DNA of 64,000 nt. It comes from Felis catus (taxonomy: Eukaryota). The stretch is taken from the NCBI RefSeq assembly GCF_018350175.1, contig NC_058369.1:25484001-25548000 (forward strand). The letters run 5' to 3'. A program made the translations under genes and the position numbers. Shown here piece by piece: positions 1 through 64,000 of the stretch. Under the pieces are notes generated by a model, which was not told the DNA's origin, did no database searches, and was given only the letters and a program-made list of their open reading frames with translations. Within the stretch, counting starts at the first letter, position 1. Each line of letters opens with the position of its first letter.

Positions 1-79
1 AGTAATCCCAGAGATAAGAGAGAGAGAAAATGAAATAGATCTGAGAAACTCAGAGAACTTCAGAAAGAATACCAAGATG

Positions 80-81
<2 letters not shown>

Positions 82-141
<60 letters not shown>
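82..141. repeat. (CT)n microsatellite
   Basis: about 30 CT units read directly. Confidence 0.95.
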
Positions 142-630
142 TGATGCAGGAAAAAAGCCTCTGTGGCCACTTATATTGGTGGCATCAAGGGTGACAGCCA
201 TAGATGACTATCCTGGGCTCAAGTGGCAAGAAGCAAAGTCTGAGCTATGAGGAAGGAGATTAATCCTTTAAAAGTACCCAATCCATGACCAGCTCTTCTG
301 CAAATAACAGATAAAAAGGGTAACTCCATTAGAAAATTACTTTATTAGAAAAGTCAACTTTCTGCCAGAAAATGACAGATTGTTTTCCTCAATTTACATA
401 CAACCCTGAAATCTCTAGTTTCCTTGAATTTCAATTAAGACATAGATATACCAACAGCATTTTCTGAATTACAATTTAAAAAATCTGAATAACCACCCAT
501 GCATTGAAAACAGTTCTAAAACAGAACTATAAAGACTTGGGGTCTAATATTCTGTTAAGTAGAATTTTCCCTGCTCTGCCAGAGAACACATGTTTTTAAT
601 AACTATACTTTCTCAGATTATAATACATTT

Positions 631-849
631 TTTTAAAATTTTTTTTCAACGTTTATTTATTTTTGGGACAGAGCGAGACAGAGCATGAACGGGGGAGGGG
701 CAGAGAGAGAGGGAGACACAGAATCGGAAACAGGCTCCAGGCTCCGAGCCATCAGCCCAGAGCCCGACGCGGGGCTCGAACTCACGGACCGCGAGATCGT
801 GACCTGGCTGAAGTCGGACGCTTAACCGACTGCGCCACCCAGGCGCCCC
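631..849 (-). mobile_element. Young CAN-SINE (SINEC_Fc type)
   Basis: CpG-rich full-length copy; perfect TSD agattataatacattt at 615-630 and 850-865. Confidence 0.95.
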
Positions 850-1179
850 AGATTATAATACATTTACTAATTTGTCTAGAAGTTTCAACCTAAGGATGTT
901 CATGCTCAGGTAAACTTTGAGTGGATAAACACCAAAAAAATGATCACTCACATCCTTATTTTGTTAAAACGATACTGTCAACGTAAAGGAGACTTAGATG
1001 TCTTGAAGTATCTAGTAGGGTTTCCAAAGAATATAACAAACAGTAACTCAGACTTTCACAATGTAAGATTTCCTTATATATATACCTCATATTCCACAAG
1101 ATGACTGAAATTTCCCTTACAGTTTTAAAGGTAGTAAATGTGATACCCTATCCCACATTTCACTTAACATAGTAATCAA

Positions 1180-1400
1180 GAACAAGGATTTGGAAGTTAA
1201 ATTGTCTGGGTTAAAATTCTGGCTCCACCATTTATTAGTTCAGTTATCTTACTAAATTTCAAATTATTAAATCACTCTAGGCCTCAATTTCTCATCTGTA
1301 AGATGGAATAACAATAATGTCAATTCATAGGAATTTGTGAGAATACAGGACACTTACAGCAGTACCTCATGAATATAAGAGCTCAACAGTATTTATCACA
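1180..1400 (+). mobile_element. MIR remnant
   Basis: core ggcctcaatttctcatctgtaagatggaataa. Confidence 0.65.
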
Positions 1401-1679
1401 GTATGTTTGAGATATAGTCCCATGAAAAGACTAAAAATGAGGTGATAACATGAATAAATAATCATTTATAGGAAATGAATTCTCAGATATGAATTCTTGT
1501 TCAAGTTTTTCAAAGTGAGATAAATAAAAGGATAATAAAACCATTTGAAAAGTTGATATAGTTATTACACTATCAATGATAGCAACTGAAAAAAGATATC
1601 CATGAAGTGGCACAAATTATCAAGTTATAGTATCTTAAAAACAGGTAGAAATACCCAGTAAAAATAAATACATTTAATA

Positions 1680-2550
1680 GCCAAAACTCCAAAGAGCCGA
1701 GGTGTCCATCAACAGGAGAATGCATGGTGATATAGTCATATGATGGAATATTACTCAGCAACAAAAAAAAAAAAAATAGGAATGTTATGCTTTGTGGAAG
1801 AAGCCTTACACAAGAGTACCTACAGTATGTTCTGTTTATATGAAGTTCTAGAACAGGCAAAACTAGCCTGTGGTGGAAGATAATCAGAATAATTTCCTAC
1901 TGTGGGGTGAGAGTAGAGACTTACTGGGAAGGGACATAAGAGAACTTCCTGGATGTTAGTCATGTCCTGTATCTGTACCAAGTGTACATTTTTGTTGGAA
2001 CTCATTGAATGGTATACTTAAGTCTTGTGTATTCCATTGTACATAAATTTTACCTCAAAAAAAAAATGGGGGACCTGGGTGGCTCAGTCGGTTAAGTGTC
2101 TTACTCTTGATTTCGGCTCAGGTCATGATCTCACAATTGTGGGACTGAACCCTGCATTGGGTTCTGCACTGAACTCCACATGGAACCTGCTTGGAATTCT
2201 CTCTCTCCCTCTCTCTCTGTTCCTCCCCCACTCTCTCTGTTTCTCTCTTTCTCAAAATAAATAAACATTAAAAAAAAAAGAAAGAAAAACAAACAAAAAC
2301 AACTTAAGTTAATGATATGCATGCTGAAGCATTCGGGGTGGGGGGGGGGGAGTATAACTGTATCTGCAACTTATGTTGAAAGGTAGAAACAGGATGAGTT
2401 GGAGGATGGATGGAGTGATGGATAAACATGTGATAAAGCAGCAAGTATAATAAACTGTCAATTGTAGAATCTAGGAGGTGGCAGTTATGTAGGTACTTAC
2501 TTTAAAATCCTGTCAACTTTTCTCCATGTTTAATTACTTTCAAATAAAAT
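1680..2550 (+). mobile_element. Old L1M 3' end with nested CAN-SINE (about 2068-2290)
   Basis: tgtccatcaacaggagaatg, ggaatattactcagcaa, tatatgaagttctagaacaggcaaaacta motifs; SINE head gggacctgggtggctcagtcgg. Confidence 0.75.
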
Positions 2551-2577
2551 CATTGAAAAATACTCTATGCTCCTTAC

Positions 2578-56290
<53,713 letters not shown>

Positions 56291-56369
56291 CTGCAAAGTG
56301 AAAAGGATAAGATACTTTGCCTTCATCTTACTTGGAGAATAAAAAATGATAAGTAATTCATTTAAAAAT

Positions 56370-56960
56370 TCCTCACACCAGTCAAAATAAGTAGTATCAA
56401 AAAGGATAAGAAATGACAAGTGTTGGCAAGAATGTGGAGAAAAGGGAACCCTTACACACTGTTGGTAAGAATGTAACCTGATGTAACTGCTCTGGAAAAC
56501 AGCGTGGAGGTTCCTGAAAAAATTAAAAATAGAACTATCATCTGATCCAGTAATTCCACTTCTGGGTATTTACCCAAAGGAAATGAAAACACCAATTCAA
56601 AAAGCACAGCTATGTTTATTGCAGTATTGTTTACAATAGACAAGAAATGGAAGCAACCCAAGTGTCCAGATGAATGGAAGATGTGTGGGATATATACAAT
56701 GGAGTGTTACTCAGCCATGAAAAGGAATCAAATCTTGCCATTTGCAACAACATGGATGGACCTACAGGGTAGTATACTAAATGAAATAAGTCAGACAGAA
56801 AAAGACAAATGATTTCACTCATATGCGGACTCTTAAAAAACAAATGAACAAACAACAACAACAAGATAGAAACACTTCATTGAATGTAGAGAAAAAACCG
56901 GTGGTTGCTAGAGCAGAGGGGGGTGGGAGGGTAGGCAAAACAGTGAAGGGGATTAAAAAT
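56370..56960 (+). mobile_element. L1M/carnivore L1 3' end
   Basis: caagtgttggcaagaatgtggagaaaagggaaccc; ILPFATTWMDL peptide. Confidence 0.9.
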
Positions 56961-57184
56961 AATACAATCAAAACTGATAAAAGTACATATGGTTTTTATA
57001 ATATTTAAACCGTAAAGAATTTAAACTGTAGGCATGATAAAAACATCTCTCAGAGATCTTAGCTTATCCTATTACACAATTGTACATAATATACTCTTAT
57101 TCTAAATTCTCTGAGAAATGAAATCTAGACACTATAAGAAAATAAAGTGTTCTCAGGATAGCAGAAATGAAGTCTCTAACAGCC

Positions 57185-57980
57185 ATTCATTCATTTTTTT
57201 CAACAAATATTTATGAAAAACATACTATACCTATATATCAAGCTAGGAGATATGCAAATAAAATGCAAGATCCCTGAAAAAGAGTGATATTGAAATTAAA
57301 TAGACAAAAAATAGTATGATGTAATAATGACGTGACAGAGGAAGTCCCAGGAAAGGGTGGGTGGGGGAAGACACTAGAGCACTTGGATTAGCCCAGATCC
57401 GGGGAATAGGATAAAAAGGGAAATTAGGAGAGGAGTAATTCAAGGAAGGCTTCCCAGATAAAGGATTAGCTGAGCTAAATTTGGAAGGAAAATGTCAGTT
57501 AGCCAGGTGCAGAGGGGAAGGATATTCAAGGCAGGGGAACTACACATATGCAGAAATGGAGGTGTAAGCAGACCTGGAGTGTTAGGAGGATTCCGTGGGA
57601 TGTAAGAATAGAGTGTGAAAGAAGAATGACAAGAAGTAAGTCTTGAGAAGCAGACAGAGGTCACATCCTGAAAGGTTTTAAAGGCTGTGTGTAAGGATCT
57701 CCTGAGAAGAGGAAGAGGGTTCCAATGGAGGGTAAGTACGGGAGTTCACGGAATGAATTTGTGTTTTGGAATCTTCATTCTGGTAGTAGGATATAGTCAG
57801 AACCAGAGCAGCTCTATTATATTGATTCAGGCAAGAAATTATGAAGGTCAGGACTGAGGCTACCATACAAGGAAGGAGGGATGGTCAGAGGAACCTGGAT
57901 GGAAAGGAGAGGACAGATACAAAAGTTAGCAAGGACAGAAAAATCAATAGATCCTGGGGACTAACTAGAAGTGGAAACTA
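57185..57980 (-). mobile_element. L2 remnant
   Basis: cattcattcatt...caacaaatatttat terminus and purine-rich L2-like body. Confidence 0.6.
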
Positions 57981-58397
57981 TGGGAATAAATTATGAAAAA
58001 ATCTATTATTCATTAGAAAGATGGAGCCTACTTTGTATTATTTGCAGCATATAGTATTAGAGTTTATTTTTGTTTTTGCTTTAGATTTTAAGTAATCTCT
58101 ACACCCAATGTGAGGCTCGAACTCACAACCCCAAGACCAAGAGTTGCATGCTTCACCAACTGAAGCATTCGAGTTTTAAAATTTAAAAAACTGAAAAATG
58201 ACTTTATATTTTCTCTATGAAGACACTGCACAAAATTTTCATAAAGTGGAATTCATTTTTTTCTTGTGCACAGAGTATTTTTCTTATCTCTAAAGTTATA
58301 TTTTAGGATGAAAAAAATCTACTGAAAACCCCATTTCCCTTCTCAATATCAATATATTAGCTTATGTGTAAGTAACTAATGTGTGTGAGTGTATGTG

Positions 58398-58817
58398 TGT
58401 AGCAGGTTGAATCCCCGAAAAGAGAGGCCCACATGCTAATCCCCGCAACCCATGAATGTGATCTTATTTGGAGAAAGGGTCTTGGAAGACATAAAGATCT
58501 CAAGATGAGGAGATCATTCTGGAGTATCTGACCCTAAATCCTTATAAGAGTCACACAGTAAAGAGACAGAGTAGAGGCCAGGAGAACATGAGGGAAGAGA
58601 CTGGAATAATGCAGCCATAAGCCAAGGAAGGCTTTGAGCCAAAAGGAGTTGGGAGAGGTAATAAAGATTCTCCCTTGGAGCTTCCAGAGGAAGCTTGGCC
58701 CTGCCAACATCTTGATTTCAGACTTCTAGCCCCAGGACTGTGGCAGAATAAACTTCTGTTGCTTTAAACCACCAAGTTTATGGTAATTTGTTATGACAGC
58801 CCTGAGAAACTAATACA
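58398..58817 (+). mobile_element. MaLR solo LTR (MLT1C-like)
   Basis: tgtagcaggttgaat start; ccctgccaacatcttgatttcagacttctagc; gaaactaataca end. Confidence 0.88.
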
Positions 58818-58949
58818 ATATATAAAGTTTTCTCATAAAATACTAAATATACATGTGAGTTTTAAAGTCACATATTTAAAATACCTTGAAAATATGGAAA
58901 ACTATTGGGAATTTTAAAGCTTTAGTTAATATAGTTTTATCCAAAGAGT

Positions 58950-61900
58950 TTAGCAGGAATAAATTTTACCTCTGGGTTTATTCAGGTATAACTTGAGCAA
59001 TATAAAACCAAAGGTGGATATTACTATAATGGTGGTGGGTAAATCACTTTTAAATTCTGCTATAAAAGTTAAAAGATAAAACTATTAAAGTAACTGTAAC
59101 TAAATTATGTTAATGGATATGTAATATAAATAGATGCTAATTGTGACATCAATAGGGAAGGAGGTAAAGTGGAGAGTTCTTGAATACAAATGAAGATAAG
59201 TTATTAGCTTAAAAGAGACTGTTATAACTAGAAGATATTTTATATAAGCGCCTTTGAACTACTAAGAAAATACCTATAGAAGTCACACACACAAAAAAAG
59301 AATCAAAACCTATCAATACAAAACAACCCAATGAAACACCAAGGAAGACATCAAAAGAGAAAAGAGAAACAAACAAACAAAAAAAACACAAACAAACCCA
59401 AGACAAACAGAAAACAGTTAACAAAATAGCAATAGCAAATTCCTCCCTATCAAAATTACTTTAAATGTAAACATATTAAACTCCCCCAACTAAAAAGATA
59501 GAGCAGCTGAATGGATAAAAACAAACAAACAAACAAAAAAAAACCCACCAAGATCCAGGGGCGCTTGGGTGGTTCAGTCAGTTAAGTATCTAACTTCGGC
59601 TCAGGTTATGATCTCACGGTTCGTGAGTTCGAGCCCAGTGTTGTGCTCTGTGCTGACAGCTCAGAGCCTGAAACTGCTTCGGATTCTGTGTCTCCTCCTC
59701 TCTCTGCCCCTCCCCTGCTTGCACTCGTTCTCACTCTCTCTCTCTCTCTCTCAAAAATAAATAAATAACATTTAAATAATCAAGATCCAACTGTATGCTG
59801 CCTAGAAGAAATACATAGGCTGAAAGTGAAGGAATAGGAAAAGATATTCCATGAAAATGGTAACGAACAGAAATCACGAGTGGCTATATTTGTATCATAG
59901 TAGACTTTAAGCAAACCTGTCTCTAGAGACAAAGAATGTCATAATGATGGAAGTTCAATTCAACAGGAAGATAAAACTATTTTAAATATATATGCACCCA
60001 ACATCAGAGCACCTAGGTATATAAATAAATATTGACAGATCCAGTGGCACCTGGGTGGCTCAGTTGGTTGAGCATCTGACTCTTGGTTTTGGCTCAGGTC
60101 ATGATCTCATGGTTCATGAGTTTGAGCCTCACGTGGGGTTCTGTGCTGATGGTGCTGAGCCTGCTTGGTATTCTCTCTCTCTCCCTCTCTTTCTGCCCCT
60201 CCCCCCTCTCTCAAAATAAATAAATAAAAACTTTAAAAAACTATTAAAAATATTGACAGATCTGAAAGGAGAAATTGATGGCAATATAAAAATGGTAGTG
60301 GATTTCAATATCCCACTTTCAATAAGGTATAGAATATCTAGACAGAAATTCAGAAAAGAAACAGTAGATTTGAACCACACTAGATCAAATGGACCTAAGA
60401 AATACATGTAGAACTGTTCACCCAACAGTAGAAGGATACATATTCTTTCTCAAGCTCACATGGAATATTCTCCAGGACAGACCCCATGTTAGGTCACAAA
60501 ACAAGTCAACAAATTTAAGATTAAAATTATATCAAATATCTTTTCTGACCCCAATGGAATAAAACTAGAAATCAGTAACCACAAGAAAATGGGAAAATTC
60601 ACAAATACACATGTAAAAAAGATGGTCTTAAACAACTACTGAGTCCAAGGGGAAATTAAAAGGAAAATCAAAAAATATCTTGAGACAAATGAAACACAAC
60701 ATACCAAAACTCATGAGATGCATCAAAAGCAGTACTAAGAGGGAAGTTTATAACAATAAATGTTTATATTAAAAAAGAAATCTCGGGGCACCTGGGTGGC
60801 TCAGTCTGTTAAGCATCACGACTTCGGCTCAGGTCCTGATCTCACAGTTTATGAGTTTGAGCCCACTTCGAATTCTGTGTCTTTCTCTCTCTCTATCCCT
60901 CCCTGCCCCTGCTCATACTCTGTCTCTCTCTCTCTTAAAGATAAATAAACATTAAAAAATAAAAATAAAATAAAATAAATAAAAAAGAAATCTCAAATAA
61001 ACAACCTAACTTAAACCCCAAAGAACTAGAAAAAGAACAAACTAAACCCATTGTTGGCATAATGAAACAAATGAGATCAGAACAGAAATAAATGAAATAG
61101 AGAATAGAAAAACAATAGAAAAAAGTCAAAATGAAGAGTTGCTTTTTTTGAAAATATAAATAAAAACAATAAAATCTTAGCTAGACTAAGAATAAAACAA
61201 AGACTCAAATAAGTAAAATCAGGAATCAAAGAAAAAGCACACAACAAATGCCTCAGAAATAAAAAGGATCATCAAGGGATAATTATGGATGATTATATAC
61301 AAATAAGTTGGATAACTTGGAGGACATAGATAAATTCCTAGAAATATACAACCTGCCAAGACTGAATCAAGAAGAATAGGAAGCCTGAACATATCAGTAA
61401 CAGAGATTGAAGTTCTAATGAAAAACTTCCCAGAGAAAAATCCAGATGACTTCACAGCTGAAGTCTACCAAACATTCAAAGAATTAATACAATCCTTCTT
61501 AAACTCTTGCAAAAATTAGAAGTAGAGGAAATACTTCCAAACTCATTCTATGAGGCTAGAATCACCATGATACTAAAACCAGATGAAGATACCACAAGAA
61601 AAGAAAATTATAGGCCATTATCTCTGATGAACATAGAGGCAAAAGTCCTCAATAAAATACTAGCAAGCTGAATTCAACACACCAAAAAGATTACATACTA
61701 TAGCCAAGTTGGATTTATCCCTGGATGCAAGAGATATGCAAATTAATCAATGTGATACACTGCATTAACAGAATGAAGGACAAAAATCCCATTCTCAACT
61801 CAATAGATTCAGAAAGAGCATTTGACAAAGTTTAACATCCATTTCTGATAAAAACTCTCAATAAAATAGATATAAAGGGAAATCTCTGCAATGAAATAGA

Positions 61901-63385
61901 GGACATTTATGAAAAGCCCACAGTTAAATCATAATCCATAGCATAAAACTGAGAGCTCTTCTGCTAAGATCTGGTGTGAGGCAAGGATGTTCACTCCCAC
62001 CACTTCTTTTCAACAAGAAGTACTAACTAGAGCAATTAGACAACAAAATAAAGGGCATCCAAATCAGAAAAGAAGTAAAATGATCTCTATTTGCAGATGA
62101 CATGTCCTTATACGTAGAAAACCCTAAAGACCACATACAAAAAAATACCTTTTAAAACAAACTGACTCCGTAAAGCTACAGGATGCAAAAATCATTTGGG
62201 AAAAAAAATCAGTTGCATTTGTTTATACCACCAATGGTCTATCTGGCAAGGAAATCAGGAGAACAATTTGACTTATGATAGCATCACAAAGAATATAATA
62301 CTTAGGAATAAATTTAACCAGGAACATGAAATATCTGTACATTGAAAACTATAAAACATTAATGAAAGAGATTGAAGAAGACACAAATAAATGGAAAAGT
62401 ATCCTGTGCTCATAGACTAGAAAAATTGGCATTGTTAAAATGTCCATACTACCTAAAGGGATCTACAGATTCAAAGTAATTCCTATCAAAATTCCAATGG
62501 CAGGGGCACCTGGGTGGCTCAGTTGGTTAAGCATCCAACTTCGGCTCAGGTCATGATCTCGCGGTTCATGAGTTTGAACCCTGTGATGGGCTCTGTGCTG
62601 ACAGCTCAAGAGCCTGGAGCCAGCCTCAAATTCTGTGTCTCCTGCTCTTTCAGCCCCTCTCCCCACTTACACTCTGTCTCTCTCAAAAATAAACACTAAA
62701 ATTCCTATGGCAAAAAAAAAAAAAATTCTAAAATTTGTGTGGAACCACAAAAGACTCTATCTAAACAGCCAAAATAATCTTAAGAAAGAAGAAAAGAGTT
62801 GAAAGCATCACAATTCCTGATTTCAAATTATATTACAAAGCTCTAGTGATCAAAACAATATGGTACTGGCATAAAAACAGACATATAAACCAATGGAACA
62901 GAATAGCAAATCCAAAATAAAGCCAAGCATATAGTCAACTGATCTTTAACAAGGGCAACAAGAAAACACAATGTGAAAAGGAAAGTCTCTTCAATAAATG
63001 GTGTTGAGTAAATTGGATATCCACATATAAAAGAATGAAACTTTTATTATCTTACACCATACACAAAAATTAACTCAAAAGGCGCTCAAGACTGAAATGT
63101 AAAACCTTAAACCATTAAAATCCCAGAAGAAAACACAGGGGGAAAGCTCCTTCTTTTTTTAAGTTTATTTGTATATTTATTTTGAGAGAGAGAGAGAAAG
63201 CACAAGTGGGGAAGGGGCAGAGAGAGAGGGAGGGAGAGATAGAGAGAATCCCAAGCAGGCTCCACACCACCAGTGCAGAGACCGATGCGGGGCTTGAACT
63301 CACGAACTGTGAGATCATGACCTGAACCAAAGTCAGACGCTTAACCTACTGAGCCACCTAGGCACCCTGGAAAAGCTCCTTTAAA
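58950..63385 (+). mobile_element. Old L1 (inter-ORF region plus most of ORF2, degenerate) with nested CAN-SINEs at about 59558, 60045, 60785, 62503 (+) and 63153-63368 (-)
   Basis: ORF2 motifs aggccattatctctgatgaacataga, tctctatttgcagatgacatg (SLFADDM), tggtactggcataaaaacagaca; nested SINE TSDs such as aaaattcc(a/t)atggca. Confidence 0.9.
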
Positions 63386-63414
63386 AAAAAAAAAAAAAGA
63401 AAGAAAAAGTATTT

Positions 63415-63806
63415 CTTTAAATTCACATTAGCATACAATGTAGAATTGGTTTCAGGAGTAGAACCTAGTCATTCCTCACTTACATATAATACACAGTGTT
63501 TATCCCAACAAGTGCCCTCCTTAATGCCCATCACCCATCTAGCCCATGCCCCCCCACACACACACCCTCCAGCAATCTTAAGTTTGTTCTCTGTATTTAA
63601 CAGCCTCTTATGGTTTGCCTCCCTATTTTTCCTTTCCCTTCCCCTGTGTTCAACTGTTTTGTTTCTTAGACTCCACTTGTCTTCCCCTGACTTATTTCAC
63701 TTAGCATAATACAACTCTAATTCCATACATGGAATAGACATATACACACATATATACATATACATACATACATACATATACATATATACATATGTATATA
63801 TGCATA

Positions 63807-63862
<56 letters not shown>

Positions 63863-64000
63863 ATCTTTATCCATTCATCTATCTATGGACACTCGGGCCA
63901 CTTCTATAATTTGGCGATTGTAGATAATGCTGCTATAAACTTCGGGGTGCATGTAACACTTCAAATTAGTATTTTTGTATCCTTTGGATAAATACTTAGT
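63415..64000 (-). mobile_element. Carnivore L1 3' end with (TA/CA)n; continues off the window
   Basis: tttcaggagtagaacctagt, tttcacttagcataata, gataatgctgctataaac. Confidence 0.9.

Noticed and set aside
663..893. Recurrent small ORFs (GQRETEHERGRG..., MAQSVKRPTSAQV...) as a peptide family
   Set aside because: Translations of CAN-SINE sequence in either orientation.
56291..64000. Further upstream DNAH12 exon (and a further downstream exon in 1-2577)
   Set aside because: No dynein-like frame with splice sites found by eye; these regions are mostly L1/L2/LTR/SINE, so neighbouring exons probably lie outside the window.

Overview
Mammalian (felid) genomic DNA: the abundant tRNA-derived CAN-SINEs match the cat-type SINEC_Fc family and the young LINE-1 3' ends are cat-type. 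The window lies entirely inside a large minus-strand gene for an axonemal dynein heavy chain, which I recognise as DNAH12. I traced 21 consecutive internal exons from 56290 down to 2578. They total 3506 nt (1168 codons plus 2 nt) and join in frame with no stops. They encode the end of AAA2, AAA3 (GPTGTGKS), AAA4 (GLGGSGRQS), stalk coiled coil 1, the microtubule-binding domain, coiled coil 2 and the start of AAA5. The gene begins and ends outside the window. Introns are filled with about 40 CAN-SINEs, young and old LINE-1 pieces, MaLR/ERVL LTRs, MIR/L2, hAT MITEs and simple repeats. Almost all other ORFs in the track are repeat-derived. I found no evidence of a new multi-gene system. The most notable fine-scale signals are a GC-AG intron at the stalk/MTBD boundary, a SINE carrying a 3'-transduced hairpin+TTT tag inside its target-site duplication (TSD), a fold-back palindrome that frameshifts an otherwise intact young L1 ORF2, an L1 with a probable 3' transduction, and near-identical inverted young SINEs bracketing a 300-nt phase-0 exon. 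Exon coordinates were read base by base. Repeat boundaries are approximate, and family names come from recognition, not from a database search.
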